Assembly (NCBI GenBank): GCA_000934665.2
Contig: JYFJ02002148.1
Coordinates: 1 to 62,567 of the forward strand
DNA: 62,567 nucleotides
Direction of reading: 5' to 3'
Source of the DNA: Catajapyx aquilonaris
Lineage: Eukaryota
The notes under the pieces: generated by a model
Database searches by the model: none
Seen by the model: the letters and a program-made list of their open reading frames with translations, nothing else
What the model was told of the DNA's origin: nothing
Made by a program: the position numbers and the translations under genes
Shown here: positions 34,570 through 48,489 of the stretch, in pieces
Layout of the letters: the number at the start of each line of letters is the position of its first letter
Position numbering within the stretch: the stretch's first letter is position 1

Positions 34570-34910
34570 AGACTTGTCTCATCGAAAAAGTTATAAACCT
34601 GCTATGCCCGTCTGTCTGTCCGTCTGTGGATATGTATCAGGGCATAAACAGCGGGAGATAGAGATACACTGTTTTCCTAGAGGGGTTTCATTGTCAACTT
34701 CCGGGTACCACTTCCGGTTTTCCGGGTTCACTCTATCCGCCAAGGTCAAATATAAAGATAGGTAACCGTATAAATTGGGTTCCTTGGCAATGAAGAATGA
34801 GAATCGCCAATTAGAATCGCATCGTGTCGTATCGTATCACATCGGGTTTGCCAGCCTCATTTCCAGCTGCCCAATGAAAAAAGTCTACTCGAATCACACT
34901 GGCGTTATTT
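34570..34910 (+). mobile_element. DINE-1/HINE-like (Helentron-associated) element fragment
   Basis: Starts AGACTTGTCTCATC, with a (GTCY)n microsatellite ccgtctgtctgtccgtctgt near the end. A related reverse copy is at ~60300-60451. The classification is from recalled structure. Confidence 0.5.
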
Positions 34911-36059
34911 GCCAATCTTATTTGATTATAATATTTAAATTGACACTTTCATTTATTTTTCTGTCCACAACTAATAAAGTGATCAGTGTAGTCATGTACT
35001 TGTCACAATTGTCTTTTTCATTTTATTCGTCAGGAGGGAAGCGCGTCAAAGTTAGACCGGACCATATGCCTACAGGGTGTGTGCTGAAGAAGAAATAACT
35101 GTTGTTTTTAGCCTTTGTAACACTGCTTAAAATAGCTTTACATTCAGTCCAGACAACATCACAACCTGCCAAATACTGTCGCCCTCGTCCCACATTGTTG
35201 CCTTTAACCTCCCTTCCCAGCACATCCTCTCGAGACAACCCCCTCCAGCTTTACACCCCACTTCATCCACCGGGTTATTGCCCAAGCCTCGCCCCAAAAC
35301 CCCCAACCCAACACCACTTTTGAATTTTTCAGCAGCAATTTTCTTCCCCTTCCGATGACCATTGGGACTGGCGAAGCAAATCCCTACAAATGACCCCCTC
35401 CTCCTACCCCCTCCCCACCTTTTTTTTCTCTATCTCTATCTCTTCCTTCCTCTTCTTCCAAACCTTTACTATGCCGTTTGCATGCACGACTCGTCCTTTT
35501 TCGGTGGGCCTGCCAGACTACCAGGCCCGGATGGCTATTGAGGCCTCGTTGGAGACGCCTCGCCGGGTTTCATCATGGTCTTACGAGGAAATCATAAAAT
35601 ATTGGAAGGCAAACCTTCCCACCCATGTATAGGGTGTAGGGAAGGGTGGGGAGGAACTCATCTTGATTATCCGGATGAATACTTCATGCGACTACGGGTT
35701 GTGTGTATGAGGGGGGGGGGGGGGGTGACCATCAACGCTGGGAAAACGCTTCCATACCAATGAAGCTAGAGGGGGGGAGCTTCTAAAGATGGCGGGGGCA
35801 CATGTAAGGTGTGATCAACTTTTGTTAGCTTCTGAGGCTTTAATGGAGACGGACGGACTGGGCGTGGAGGATTTTTAAGGGGGGTGAAGGACGTGTTGGC
35901 AATCATGGCAAGTTCTATTTTCAGTCATGTTACTCTTACTGTAGCTCTAAGAATCAGATTTGTTAGTTACAACACTTCTTGGTAACTCTGATAAACCAGT
36001 GTGACAACACCTGGTGACTGTGCTACCAGTGTGACATCGCCTGGTAACTGTGCTACTAG

Positions 36060-37196
36060 CAGGGCCGGACTGGCCCGGCCGGCTGACCGGCGATCGCCGG
36101 TGGGGCCAAAGGTGGGGCCAAAGTTTTCCGCAGGGGCCGGTAGATCGCGGTCGCCTGGTTTCGGTCAGTGGATGGGTTTGCCTGAACAATAATTAAAAAA
36201 AAAAAATCCTACCCTTGATAGCCTTTCTGGCTTGTCGGGGACATTCCCCCCACAGCAGGTTACATAATATATTAGGCCTACAGTATATACACTCATAATT
36301 TGGTAAGGCTCAAAGGCTGATTGAACATTTGAACTATCGGGAGGGGGGCCCGGTACCTTTCCCGTCTTGAAGGTGCAAAATGTTTGGGGCCACTGGTCAG
36401 CTATAAGGGACAAATATAACCGGCTGGCTTATCTTTTCACGGCAGGGGGAAATCAGGTGCCTTCAATTAGGAACCCTGACTTCATCTGGTCGCGACTCAC
36501 GCTCACAGGGCAAGAAATAAGCATGTCAAGTCACTTCTTCGGCCACCAACAGGATAAGAATTTCAGTGCATTTTCCGAGTCGTGCTCTCACAATAAATGA
36601 CATATTGACAACCCTATGTACTGAACCCTTGAGGGCTCACCATCTGGGACCAGCCAAGAGCTGAAGAAGCCAGTACTGCATGGTGCATGCCCTTCTTGTG
36701 GAGGCACTACATGACTGGAGAACACGCAGCACGGTGAACGGTCAGTGACAGTGGCGGATTTTTTTTTTTTTGGGGGGGGGGGGCACGGGGGCACGTGCCC
36801 CCCCCTCCCCCCGAGCTCCCACAGAGGAAAAAAAGTAAAAAAGAAAAAAACGGGGGGGGGGGGGAACTCGCAAAAACCCTCTAGAACAGTGCAAAATGGC
36901 ACTGTTCTATGGGTTCTTGTCCGTTTTGCGGTTGCGAGGAAGGGTTGTGACCTTGAACCGAAAAAAAATTTTTGCCTGCGGCGGGCCCTGCGCCACCGCC
37001 CCCCAGAGAAGTACTCTTGTGCCCCCCGCCCCCCCAGAAATGTAATGCAACAATAATTTCCCTTGATTTTATACTACTTACCTTACCAATTTAACTACAA
37101 TAATGTGAAGGTTATGGGAACGGTAAATGATTGAGCAATTGGGGGCCAACACGATTTAACAGCCGGTGGGGCCAACCACTAGCCAGTCCGGCCCTG
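36060..37196. mobile_element. Non-autonomous hAT-like transposon inserted in a tandem array
   Basis: TIR CAGGGCCGGACTGGC and perfect 8-bp TSD GCTACTAG (36052-36059, 37197-37204). A second CAGTGGCGGA-type terminus lies internally at ~36749. Confidence 0.9.
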
Positions 37197-37204
37197 GCTA
37201 CTAG

Positions 37205-37750
37205 TGTTGGTAACTGTGACAGCACCTGATAACACCTGGTAGCTCTGATAACCCAGTGTGACAACACCTGGTAACTGTGCTACCAGTGTGACAACTCCTG
37301 GTAACTGTGCTACCAGTGTGACAACTCCTGGTAACTGTGCTAACAGTGTGACAGCACCTGGTAACTGTGCTAACAGTGTGACAGCACCTGGTAACTGTGC
37401 TACCAGTGTGACAACACCTGGTAATTGTGATCATACCTGGTAACTGTCATCACACCTGGTAACTGTCCTCACACCTGGTAACTGTCCTCACACCTGGTAA
37501 CTGTCCTCACACCTGGTAACTGTCCTCACACCTGGTAACTGTCCTCACACCTGGTAACTGTCATCACACCTGGTAACTGTCATCACACCTGGTAACTGTC
37601 ATCACACCTGGTAACTGTCATCACACCTGGTAACTGTGATAATCAAGTTTACTAAACCTGGTAACTCCGATAATACTAAACCTGGTAACTCTGATAATAC
37701 TAAACCTGGTAACTATGATAATCAAACATTACTAATAAACCTGCTAATTC
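37205..37750. repeat. Minisatellite array: 30-bp unit changing to a 19-bp unit, then ~23-bp units; begins at ~35980 before the hAT insertion
   Basis: gtgtgacaacacctggtaactgtgctacca, then cacacctggtaactgtc(c/a)t. All units share CCTGGTAACT. Confidence 0.95.
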
Positions 37751-38361
37751 TTACATGGCCCATTTTACACCCATAAGATTCGTATTACAGTAACAGTTTT
37801 GCTTTCAAAATGGTGCTGATCAGCCACAACTATTTATAACTCTATAATTATATAACTCTTAAAATCTTAATTAGGCCAGCCAATGTCTTTTGGCCCAGTG
37901 CAGCTTGTTCTATGCAAGAAGATTAACATCCATTTTCTAAAAAAAAACAACAGCACATATGCCAATTAAAAAATTGCAAATTGCACATTAGTGATGATCC
38001 ATGTTTATACGGCTTCGATCTAAACCCAAACAAAAAAAAAACTCGGGNNNGTGGGGGGGGGGACAAGAGAGCAGTCTATTAGTCCCATTTTATGGCGCGT
38101 TGAAAATAGCTCCCGCAGAGACTAGCAAAAACACATTGCGGTAACCGCTCACAACTCGCTAATTACTTGGCGAAAAAGGTAGCCAAAGCCCGAACAGTAA
38201 TCCCAAATCACGCTGGTTCTATCCCATAATTAATTTTGGCTGGCTGAGGGGCTAAGCCATATTCGCAGCCACAACTGATTTTCCCGCAAATATCATTCTA
38301 CTTCCATTACATTACGAGACACACGTTGGAGCAGGGTCAATCGGATGGTTCACTAATTTTA

Positions 38362-38785
38362 ATTAATTTTAGGCAAATTTCGATTACACACTTCTTGTAT
38401 GTAATTTGACACCGTTTGTAGCGACATCTATTGAGCCCATGTGGCGACATTCGGCTCTAGTGGCGACATCTACCGAAAATGCTGTTTGAATCAGATTATA
38501 AATTTTTAATCGTGATTAAATTTTAGGCAAATTTCGGTTGCAGTTTTAGGTGTAATTTGACACCGTTTGTGTAGACATCTGTTGAGCTCGTGTGGCGTCT
38601 TCTGGCTATTGTGGCGATATCTACCAAAAATTCGGCCTGTTTAAACCCGATTTTTAATTTTTAATCAGGACGAAATTTTAGCAAATTTCGGTTACATTCC
38701 GTAGTGTAATTTGACACCTTTTCGTGGCGACATCTGTTGAGCTCATGTGAAAATATCTGGCTCTTGTGGCGACATCTACCAATAA
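38362..38785. repeat. Degenerate ~155-bp tandem repeat, 3 units
   Basis: aattttag(g)caaatttcg..gtaatttgacacc..gcgacatct recurs at ~38365, ~38519 and ~38674. Confidence 0.8.
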
Positions 38786-41435
38786 AAGGAGCGAACTTCG
38801 AGCTCGTTTAAACTTCATTTTTTTTGCAGCCCGGATTACACAATAGCAACACTTGTAATGTCCGACGGAACAACTGGTCCGGGAATTGTTGCCAATAAAT
38901 TTGCTCCGCTCCTGGCCGAAGAAGACATTTTGAAGGATGCGAAGAAGACGAGCTTCTCTTCTTTTTTTTATCTCGTCTCTTCCGCCGCCATTACAGTTCA
39001 GAACTCGAATAACAATCCGATAAAATATTCTATTGTCCAGGATTTTGTTGTGAAAATGTCCACGGAGGATCATTACAGGAGTGTTTCCTGCATTATGCTG
39101 TCAGCTTAACCAATGAGTCATGCAACAGTATTCTGACAAATTAGGGCTGGGGTACAGAGACGTACACAGCTATTCCAAAGGGTGGCGAAGTTATGATGAT
39201 TGTACTCACTTATACTGCTTAGGTTTCTGCACCGAGACGCACTGTTGGCCTAATTACAACAATAAGCTCGTACATACGTCTCTTCATAATGGCAGTAGGC
39301 TAGTAAAAATAGTTTATTTGTATTACGTCATGAAGTATTGTAGTTGCCTTGAATGCATTTATTTCACTGTATTATTCTACATACATATACATGGTAGGCT
39401 ATTATATTATATTTCTCTTGACGTTTGTTATATTTTATGTAACGACTTATTTTACTTTATGTAGCTATTATTTTATGTAACGATTTATTTTACATTATGT
39501 AGCTATTATTTTATGTAACTACTTATTTTACATTAATGATATTATCTTAATTATCTTAATAATAGCAATATTATTTATTGTACATTTTGCTATAATAATG
39601 TACCGTGTATCATAAAATTTAAATTTATGCTATATTATTTATCTTTACATTTTTAATACATTATGAAGTATTGTAGTGTCCTGGCAATGTATTAATTAAG
39701 TTACATTATATATTGATGGTATTATATTACTCATCTTGATGCTTTATATATAACTTATAGCAACTTATTTTATGTAGCTCTTTTATTTTATGTTAATTAG
39801 GTTCTCTTAATATTTCATATATATATTATTTTATATTTTGCCATATTAAATTACATATTATTTTACATTTTGCCATATTAAATTACATATATTATTTTAC
39901 ATGTTTTATTATATTTAGATTAGATTACATTTTTTTATTATTTATACACTAATATTTATTTTACTTTGGTACTTGTATGGCAGTCGTCCGCCATTTTTGA
40001 GCCTCTCAGCATCCTCACTTCGACCCGACAATCAGAGTATACTCCTTGTTTACATCCTACCTGATGTCGCAACCGTCTTTTCCCCCCGGTAACACCCTTC
40101 CCAACATACACGCAATTAGTCTCCCGCACGCTAATTGCATATGATTCGTCTCCAAATCCAATTAGCTCCTCTGTTTCCGTTCATGAAATATGCAGTCAGC
40201 CTAGCATGACTGCACTTGCGCCGAGTATGTGCGTATATATGTGGTGCGGCTAGAAAAGCCAGAGAGCTATTATGCCAAGAGTATAGCAGAAGAGGAGGGG
40301 TAGGTGGGTGGGGGAAGGGCGATAATAGAGTTCTATTAAGCGGCGCCAACTGTGTATACACCCCCCCCCTCCCTCCCCATACGTCCCTTTCATCCCAGGC
40401 CGTCTGAATAATTCGCGGCCTCATAATGGCGTCATCCTGCTCTGCGGCCCCCATGCACATTTCATGCCCTCTCCTCACCTTCTGTCAGCCATGATTTCCG
40501 CTCGACTAATGTCCGGCCACTCACCCGGATAATAATATGGGACCGGGCCTAACATTGGGGGATGTGATGTATTCCGGATCGAAGCCATCGCTCACAAAAG
40601 TTCCAAGAGAGAGTGAATAAAAAAAAAAAGAGTATTTGGAGCGATTGACATGCGAGTTGCCAGATGGCACTGAGTTCACTCTGACGGAAGATGGTGTCAT
40701 CATCAATTGGCTAGGGCCTGTGACTCTGTTTGTCCGGGGTGAGTCATCAGCAGTGTGCAGCGAGGGAGAATGGGACATGTATGTGAGAGATATGGTACTA
40801 CATCCACAGTCGGAGAGAGGGGGGGGGCAGGGGTTTGACAAAGGTTTCTGTCCTTTAATATAAGGAAAAGTAAAATCATCAAATTTTTGAAAATATTGGC
40901 CTAAATCATCTACAAAAAATTATAAAAATAAATAAGTAGTATTATAAAAAGAAAGAAAAGAACGAAAATAAAATAAATAAATAATGAAAATAAATAAATA
41001 AAAGTATTATTATTATTATCATTAAGAGAAAGAAAGAAAAGATCAAAAATGAACAAATTATAAAATAATTAATTAATTATCATAAATAAAGTATATTAAC
41101 AGAAATAAATATAATGAATTAATACATAACAAATATGTAAGAGTAGGTTAATATAAATTAAAATAAACATAAAAATAAAATAATTAAAATTAAAATAAAC
41201 ATAAAAATAAAATAATTAAAATTAAAATAATAACAAAAACAATAATACTAAAATAATTAATAATTAAAGCATGAAAATATGAAAAAACAAAAACCTAAAT
41301 TATGAAACGAAAAATTACGGTATTGCATTAAAGAAATTATAAATATATTGATTGAAATTTATTAAAATACAAATTCATATACATTTAAATATATAAATTA
41401 GCATGTATTAAAGTAAACAAGTAATGTGTGTATAT

Positions 41436-41877
41436 TTCGCAAAAATGGGCGAAGAAAATTTATCTTTTGAAGGAAACTGCATTGTTGGAAAAGGGGCAAA
41501 TTAGCCAGTAGTGATTTTGTATGTGAGCAAGTGGGCTGATTATTATTAATTGATGTTATGTTTTAATTCAAATGTCAATTAATTTTAAAAATATTGTAGT
41601 ATTGTAGTGATATTTAATTTTGACATGAAATGTAAAAATTAAAATTGGTATGCTTAGGAATTAAAAAGTGTAAAATTAAATAAATATGAACAATGGTACA
41701 ATATTAATAAAAAAATTTTAAAAAATTTTAAAAATAAAACATCAATTGATAATAATCAGCCAATAATTCGCATGCAAAATCACTTCTAGCTAATTAGCCC
41801 CCTCCCGCTTCTTCAACAATGCAGTTTCCTTCAAAAGATAAATTTTCCTCCCCCATTTTTTTGTCTTTTTTGCGAAA
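41436..41877. mobile_element. Degenerate fold-back element (~125-bp inverted arms, AT-rich spacer)
   Basis: gaaaatttatcttttgaaggaaactgcattgttg..gctgattattattaattgatgtt is mirrored at 41738-41877. No TSD was resolved. Confidence 0.65.
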
Positions 41878-43462
41878 GGGATGGAATTTTACCTATACCG
41901 TATATATAGAGAAGAGTCTGGTGAAGCAACACTGCATTGTGTGGAGAAAGAAAATCAATATCTGCGAACTAACTTTGTGGCAATTTCCGTTCTCGGGTTG
42001 CTAATCTTTATTTATTATCTTTGCCTTTTCCTGGATGAATAGGGTCCTTTTCAAATCTACCTTCAGGGAAGGGTTCAGCAGATCCTCTCAGCAGTCTTTT
42101 TTTTTGTTGGTTGTTGTAGATTCTTTTTATTATGCAGCCCGGAAAATATCTGGCGGTATATAAGAAAAGTGGTGTAAGAATTGGGTGTAATTTCCGGCTT
42201 GAAACCAGATCCATGTCCGCTAAAACGCGATTGGTCGGATTGGCTAAACAAAAGGCTGCTGTGGTGCTTTGGCGATAAATGCTGTAGGGCCAGGATGCTA
42301 AGTTTGCAGAGGAGAAATCAATAAGTATTTTCCTTTTGTTAGCAAATAACTTGCTGGCTTTTTGAATCTGCAAATATTTTTTTTTGGCATTTTGATAGGG
42401 ATGGACTGTTGTGGTAGGAAATTCTGCCGACAGATGGCGCCACGGTGCAATATTATCAGGAGACTTTGAGGGGGCATTTTCACGTGCATTTAATTACTAA
42501 TTAGTGATGCAATTGTTGGAAATATTAGCTGTCACTATGATGTCAGTAGCGGAGGTCCAATCGCTGTTATTTTTTATTTCAAGGCAATTGTTGTTATTTT
42601 TGCCTGAAACTATTTTCACTGAAAGCGGAATTTTCTTTAGCAGATATTCAAGCAGTGTTTTACTTAACTATATATATATATTTTTTTACTTCTAAGCCGA
42701 ATTTATTTAGCAGTTACATTTGAAAGCAGTTATTTTCATTAAAAGCAGAATAATTTATTGTTGGCCTACTCAGCTGTTATATTATTTTGAAGGCAGTGTT
42801 TTACCTGCTTATATTTTTTAAATACTTCTTAGCATATTTTCGTCATTTATTCGCATTTATTTCAATTTAAATACGAATTTTTCCTAGCCGCTATATTTGG
42901 AAGCAGTGTTTTATTCAACTATAATTTTGACTTCTAAGCAGAATTTCTTCAGCAATTATATTTTTGAAAGCAGTTATTTTAACTTAAAGCAGAATTTTCT
43001 TGCTCAGCTATATTTGAAAGCAGTGTTTTACTTATCCCTAACCGTAATTTTTATTTATATGCAGAATTTCTTTAGCAGTTATATTTGAAAGCAGCGTTTT
43101 CTCTAATGTAGTTATTTCCTTGAAAGCAGCGTTTTCCTTAACAGTTGTTATATTTGAAAACAGTGGTTTACTTAACAGTTATTTAATCGAAAACAGTGGT
43201 TTGATTAACAGTTATTTTTACGCGAAGGCAGCATTTTAACAGCTTTCTTGCTTTAAAACACTATTATATTTCATAGCAGTTATTTTACGCGTAAGCAATG
43301 ATCTCCTTAGCCCTTATTTGTACGTGAAATAAATTATTTGTAAGCGAAATTATTATCCTTACCAGTTATTTACATAGCAAGTAGCAACCAACACTTTCTC
43401 TTGACTGATGTTTTATTTCGCTGTATAGTTTGGTAGCAGTTATTTGGCCCCAGGTTATTTGA

Positions 43463-43558
43463 CAAGGGGGTAACCACTCCGGTGTACACCTGCAAGTGGT
43501 ACTCTTTGGTACTCCTTGAATTTGGTATACTCTTTTCAGTCGAGTGGTTACCCCCTTA
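43463..43558. mobile_element. MITE family M1 copy (short, opposite orientation)
   Basis: TIR CAAGGGGGTAACCACTC and TSD TTATTTGA/CTATTTGA. Confidence 0.82.
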
Positions 43559-46104
43559 CTATTTGACGCTTCGGGCCTTAGGCGTTCCTGTTGTAACGTT
43601 TCTAATCGTCATTAATGACTCGGTCTATAATAATTTTGTGAAGTAATTCCCAGTACACTCATGTACACAAAACACGTCCAAACCTAACCTAACACGTCTG
43701 GTCTAGTCCTCTAGCTATCACCAATTTGCAAATAGTCAAATCTCTCAGCTCAAAACGTCTTCTAAAGTCTTACCCCGCCATCTTGTAACACCCACAAAAA
43801 AAAATTAAAATGTCTTCCCACCTGATGTAACATAATCCGGACTCAATACCCTTCCTAAAATCCCTGCAGTGTCAAGCTTGATAGACGCCGATTAAGCCAT
43901 CCAGTTTAAAATGAATGGCGGATCGAAAACTTCCTTCTTCTTACCCCCATAGCAAAGTCGATGTACTTGCAAAATTTGAGACCTTCCCCTTCCTATATTT
44001 TCCATTCATCATTTTGCACAAAGGCGTCTTTTCGCTAGGGTTTCGCAATAATTAGTAGTCATGGAGTTTCCACCCCCCTCGTCTTCCAACCGACTTATTT
44101 TTTTAAAAGGCTCAAAACTGGGGGGATTAATAAACCCCCGCCGGGGAATTAACATGTAACTGAGGCTTATACGCCATGACACTAAACAATAGACCAGGGG
44201 GTTCATATTTCACTAGTAGTAAAAAAAGAAACTGGTTTTACCGAGGGGGGGGGCAACTAAAAACTAATGGACTTCCTAGGCAGGGGTTATGCCGGATTGT
44301 ATATAAGCAAAAAGGCCCAGCCTGTAACGAGTCACAAAACTGCAATTAGCACCCACCCTTTTGTCCATTAACATCTAGTTGGTGTCATTTCGCGCAATTT
44401 GCATAAAATCCCGGGAACACCGACCCAAACACGGTTTTTGGATACAGGACAATGTCCGGTATTTGCCTGCAGCGTAGAAGAGTTTTAATTACATTTTTTA
44501 TTAAAAAAGAGAAGTGCCAGAGCTCCAATTAAGAGAAAACCTTCAATTATGTCTTATTATAGAGCCAAAAACGGTGAAAAACTGGCCGGGCACTGTTCAT
44601 AGCAAATTGACAAAGCCACAATAACGTTCGTTGGCCGGCGGCGCACAAGACGGACAGCACTGTTGGCGTATACAAACCCACATCAATTAATCGCCATTAA
44701 TAATTACCATCGTTCAAATGGACAATCAGGCTCCAAGTTAACAGCGATTTACGTAGCTGCTATTTGTAACAGTTACTCATATAGCCGATATCTCACGGCT
44801 ACAAATAGAGCTGATAATTGTAACAGTAACTAAGATATCTGATATATGTAACGGTTACTAATATATCCGATATATGTAATGGTCATACTAATATAGCTGA
44901 TATGTAACAGTGACTCTAAACTATATAACAGTGAGTATTATAGCTGATATATAAACAGCAACTAAATCAGCTGATATATAAACAGCGACTAAATTAGCTG
45001 ACATATAAACAGCGACTAAATTAGCTGATATATAAACAGCGACTAAATTAGCTGATATTAGTAACAGTGACTAAGGTAGCTGCTACTGCTAATCCGTTAT
45101 ATTATAACGGGTGCATTATTTTGCTTTTGAAGAGCCTTTCACTCGGTTTCAGCACCCTGTACACAGCATTTGTACGCAATATTTCCAATTAAACTCCGTC
45201 ATTTTTTTTGGCTGTTGGAGAGTGTAGGAACCCATTTTGAGGAAAATATGATGAAGGAGTGTGCTGGAAGCTCTCCCCCTCCTCCAATCCACATCCCTTC
45301 CCCTCTCCTCCCTTCCCCCTCCTTTCTCCTCCTTCAGTGTATTGGCAATTTGGACCGTTGAAAGGGCCGAGAGGTCAACTGCAGGTGTGTTTGATATTTC
45401 CGCTGGCCTGGCCTTTCGCCACTTGATCGCTCAACTGATCGCTTCCGCCTTCATGCAGCAGCCCTCCCTCCCTCCCCCCTCTTCTCCTCCCAAATGATTC
45501 GACTCTCCAGAGAGGGGGCTGGAGGAGAGGGGAGAACCCTGGAGGAACAAGAAACAAGCCCTGCTGCAATCATTTTTTTTTCTCCTGCCAGTATACTCAA
45601 CAGCATCACATGGCCCTCTACTATCCAGCAGATGACCGATTTCTATTCCTCTTTGGGATATACAGTCACGGAAATGAGTAAGGTAGCAGACCTGAAGCTC
45701 AAATAAGTCTCTGCAAGACTCGCCGAAGGCATAGGTACTAATTTGGGTTGCATCATGCAAGGATGGAAAGTAGCCTACCCAAGTACTTTTCATCCTTGCA
45801 TGATGCAACCCAAATTACGCGCTGATATCTTTGTAGTGGTGCCAGGTCACGTCCGATGTTGCCTTTGTTTCATATACTGCGGGGAGAGTATCACTAGATC
45901 CTCAAGATGGCAGCATTCACCCCAATGCAAATTCAATAAGTGCCTTAGTAACTGTTACACACATCGGCTCTACATCGCTGCTACAAAGAATATCAGCTAA
46001 TTTAGTCACTCTTACAAATATCGGTTATATTAATTGCTTTTACAAATATCAGTTATATTGGTCAGTTACAAATATTAGCTACTTTAGTCACTGATACGAA
46101 ATTC

Positions 46105-46385
46105 AGTTGGTGGACTAGTGGTTAGCGCGCTCGCCTCTGGTCCCAAGGTTGTGGGTTCGAACCCGGCCGTGGTCGGTGACTTTTCTCCGGGTGGTAGAAA
46201 AGTGAGAGTGCGCCTTCCTTCGGAGGGGAAGTAAAGCCGTCGGTCCCGTGTGCTTTTGACACTGCGCGAGTGCACGTTAAAGATCCCCAGAGTGGCCAAA
46301 TTTCCAGGAGGAGGACCACTCCCCTGGCGTCGGTGTTGAGCATTAGAGGCAGAAATAGGCCGACGTTAAGGCCCACTGAACCCTA
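46105..46385 (+). mobile_element. tRNA-derived SINE
   Basis: A box TGGACTAGTGG (46111-46121) and B box GGTTCGAACCC (46154-46164). The body CCTTCGGAGGGGAAGTAAAGCCGTCGGTCCC..GCACGTTAAAGATCCCC..AAATT resembles arthropod SINEs (Ruka/Talua-like, from recall). Confidence 0.8.
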
Positions 46386-46427
46386 TATCCAAGGCAATAG
46401 TACCTTATAGTAACTGTTACAAATTAA

Positions 46428-46528
46428 TATCAGTTAATTAAGTCGCTGTTACAAATATCAGTTAATTAAGTCGCTGTTACAAATATCAGTTAATTAAGTC
46501 GCTGTTACAAATATCAGTTAATTAAGTA
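46428..46528. repeat. 28-bp minisatellite
   Basis: atcagttaattaagtcgctgttacaaat, about 3.5 units. A related 27-bp array lies at ~44940-45060. Confidence 0.9.
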
Positions 46529-47719
46529 ATTCTTACAAATATTAGATATATTAGCTACTGTTGCATATAACGACTGCATTAGTCACTACGCTACAAAATT
46601 CAGCTGCGTAAATAGCTGCTAACTTACAGTATACTCAGGGTCCTGCACAGGGTGCACATGACAACACCACTAACATCATCAGTGTCGCAACAGTCATCCA
46701 TACACATTCAACATGAATTGAACCATATAACCTTCTTGTCATCATCTCTCCCCCAATCCCAAATAATAAATATGGCTGCTGCCCTGAGGGCGACATATCC
46801 CTCGGATTGTTTGTCCAAAGGATGACAACCCTTGTTTTGACCCCCCCCCCCACCCCTCTTCTTTCATAGCTCCAATTTTTTTCTTAGTTTACTGCAAAAG
46901 AAGGGGCCGGATTCCCTAATGGCAGACATGAGATCCTCCGCTTTTGTCCCCCTCTGTTCTTTTTCTCCCAGAAAAATTTATGGCGGTCCAAGACTGATGG
47001 TGCTGTTCTGGAAAATTCTCCGCCTCCCAATGAAGACCTCAAGGGCTATTTCGCACTTCTTTTTTTTTCTCTCCAGCTGCCCCCTCCGCCTTACCCCTAA
47101 CATGCTATAAAAGGTGGGGAGAAGAGGGGGGGAAAAGGGAATGAATGCATCACCTGTCCTCCCATGCAGAAATTCTCTGGCTGGAAACACGCCATCTTGC
47201 GACGGGGGAAATATGGCTCCAGGGCTAGGTGATCCCCAAGTCTTGAGAATTATTCAAACAGACGCAGCAGGACTTCTTCTTTTGGGGAGAGGGGTTGAAG
47301 GGAAGAAATGGGGGAGGGGAGGACAAATCGGATGTTTCTATGAAGAGGGGCATATGTCGTGTCAGTCATCTGGGGACATATAGAGGACCAGAGTGTCTCG
47401 GTTTGATACGAATCAGATTTTGCTTGGTTGTTGGTTGTTCTTGAGTGTTAGCCACAAACCTTTTGGAATTGTTAAATAAAATAGATGCTGAGAGCAGTTT
47501 ATCAAAAATAGCCGGGTTTGAAAGCAATTAGTGCAAAATAGCAGCTCTTAGGAGCAGTTACTTTAAAAGAGATGATCCTGAGAAACATAATTTTATTATA
47601 ATCAGTTTTCAAAAACCAGCTAGCGTCAAAGAGCAGTTCATGATGAAAGTTATTACAGACCAGCAATAAATTCTCAAAAGCAGTTGTTGCAAAATAGCAG
47701 TTCTTGAATGTAGTAGTTA

Positions 47720-48085
47720 TTGAAAGCAGTTATTGAAGAATAGCAATTCTTGAAATCAGTTATTGAAGAATAGCAATTCTTGAAATCAGTTATTGAAGAA
47801 TAGCAATTCTTGAAAGCAGTTATTGAAGAATAGCAATTCTTGAAAGCAGTTATTGAAGAATAGCAATTCTTGAAAGCAGTTATTGAAGAATAGCAATTCT
47901 TGAAAGCAGTTATTGAAGAATAGCAATTCTTGAAAGCAGTTATTGAAGAATAGCAATTCTTGAAAGCAGTTATTGAAGAATAACAATTCTTGAAAGCAGT
48001 TATTGAAGAATAGCAATTCTTGAAAGCAGTTATTGAAGAATAGCAATTCTTGAAAGCAGTTATTGAAGAATAGCAATTCTTAAAA
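47720..48085. repeat. 30-bp minisatellite, about 12 near-perfect units, with degenerate flanks
   Basis: gaaagcagttattgaagaatagcaattctt. This explains the repetitive ORF 47786-48076. Confidence 0.97.
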
Positions 48086-48238
48086 GCAGTTGGTTCAAAA
48101 TAGCAGTTCTTAAAAGCAGTTGGTGCAAAAATAGCAGTTCTTGAAAGTAGTAGTTATTGAAAGCGGTTATTGAAGAATAGCAATTCTTAAAAGCAGATGG
48201 TTCAAAATAGCAGTTCTTAAAAGCAGTTGATGCAAAAT

Positions 48239-48489
48239 GAAGGGTGTGGGGGAAAAACATGATAACTGACATTTTTGTCATTTTTCACCTAAACACCTAG
48301 CAACTATGTATAAGACATGACAAACAGTTTGGTATAAACTCCAAGTTCATGTATCATGCATGAGACGGCCAACACGGACTAGATCACAACCAGCATTCCC
48401 TATGATTTGTTAAGAAAATTCAAACTTCAATTCGCTCTCCTGAAAAATTACTCTTTTGTCAGTTATCATGTTTTTCCCCCACACCCCTC
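48239..48489. mobile_element. MITE, Sola2-like
   Basis: ~33-bp TIR GA(A/G)GGGTGTGGGGGAAAAACATGATAACTGACA with 4-bp TSD AAAT (48235-48238, 48490-48493). GRG ends with a 4-bp TSD fit Sola2. Confidence 0.8.

Noticed and set aside
38858..39109. ORF with NKFAPL (LINE ORF1-like motif); likewise ORFs 40636-40863, 54641-55210 and 61424-61894
   Set aside because: These show only isolated short motifs or low-complexity translations, with no domain or splice support.
46105..46175. tRNA gene (also 58665-58740)
   Set aside because: A and B boxes are present, but there is no convincing cloverleaf acceptor stem or oligo-T terminator. Both continue into SINE bodies, one with a TSD.
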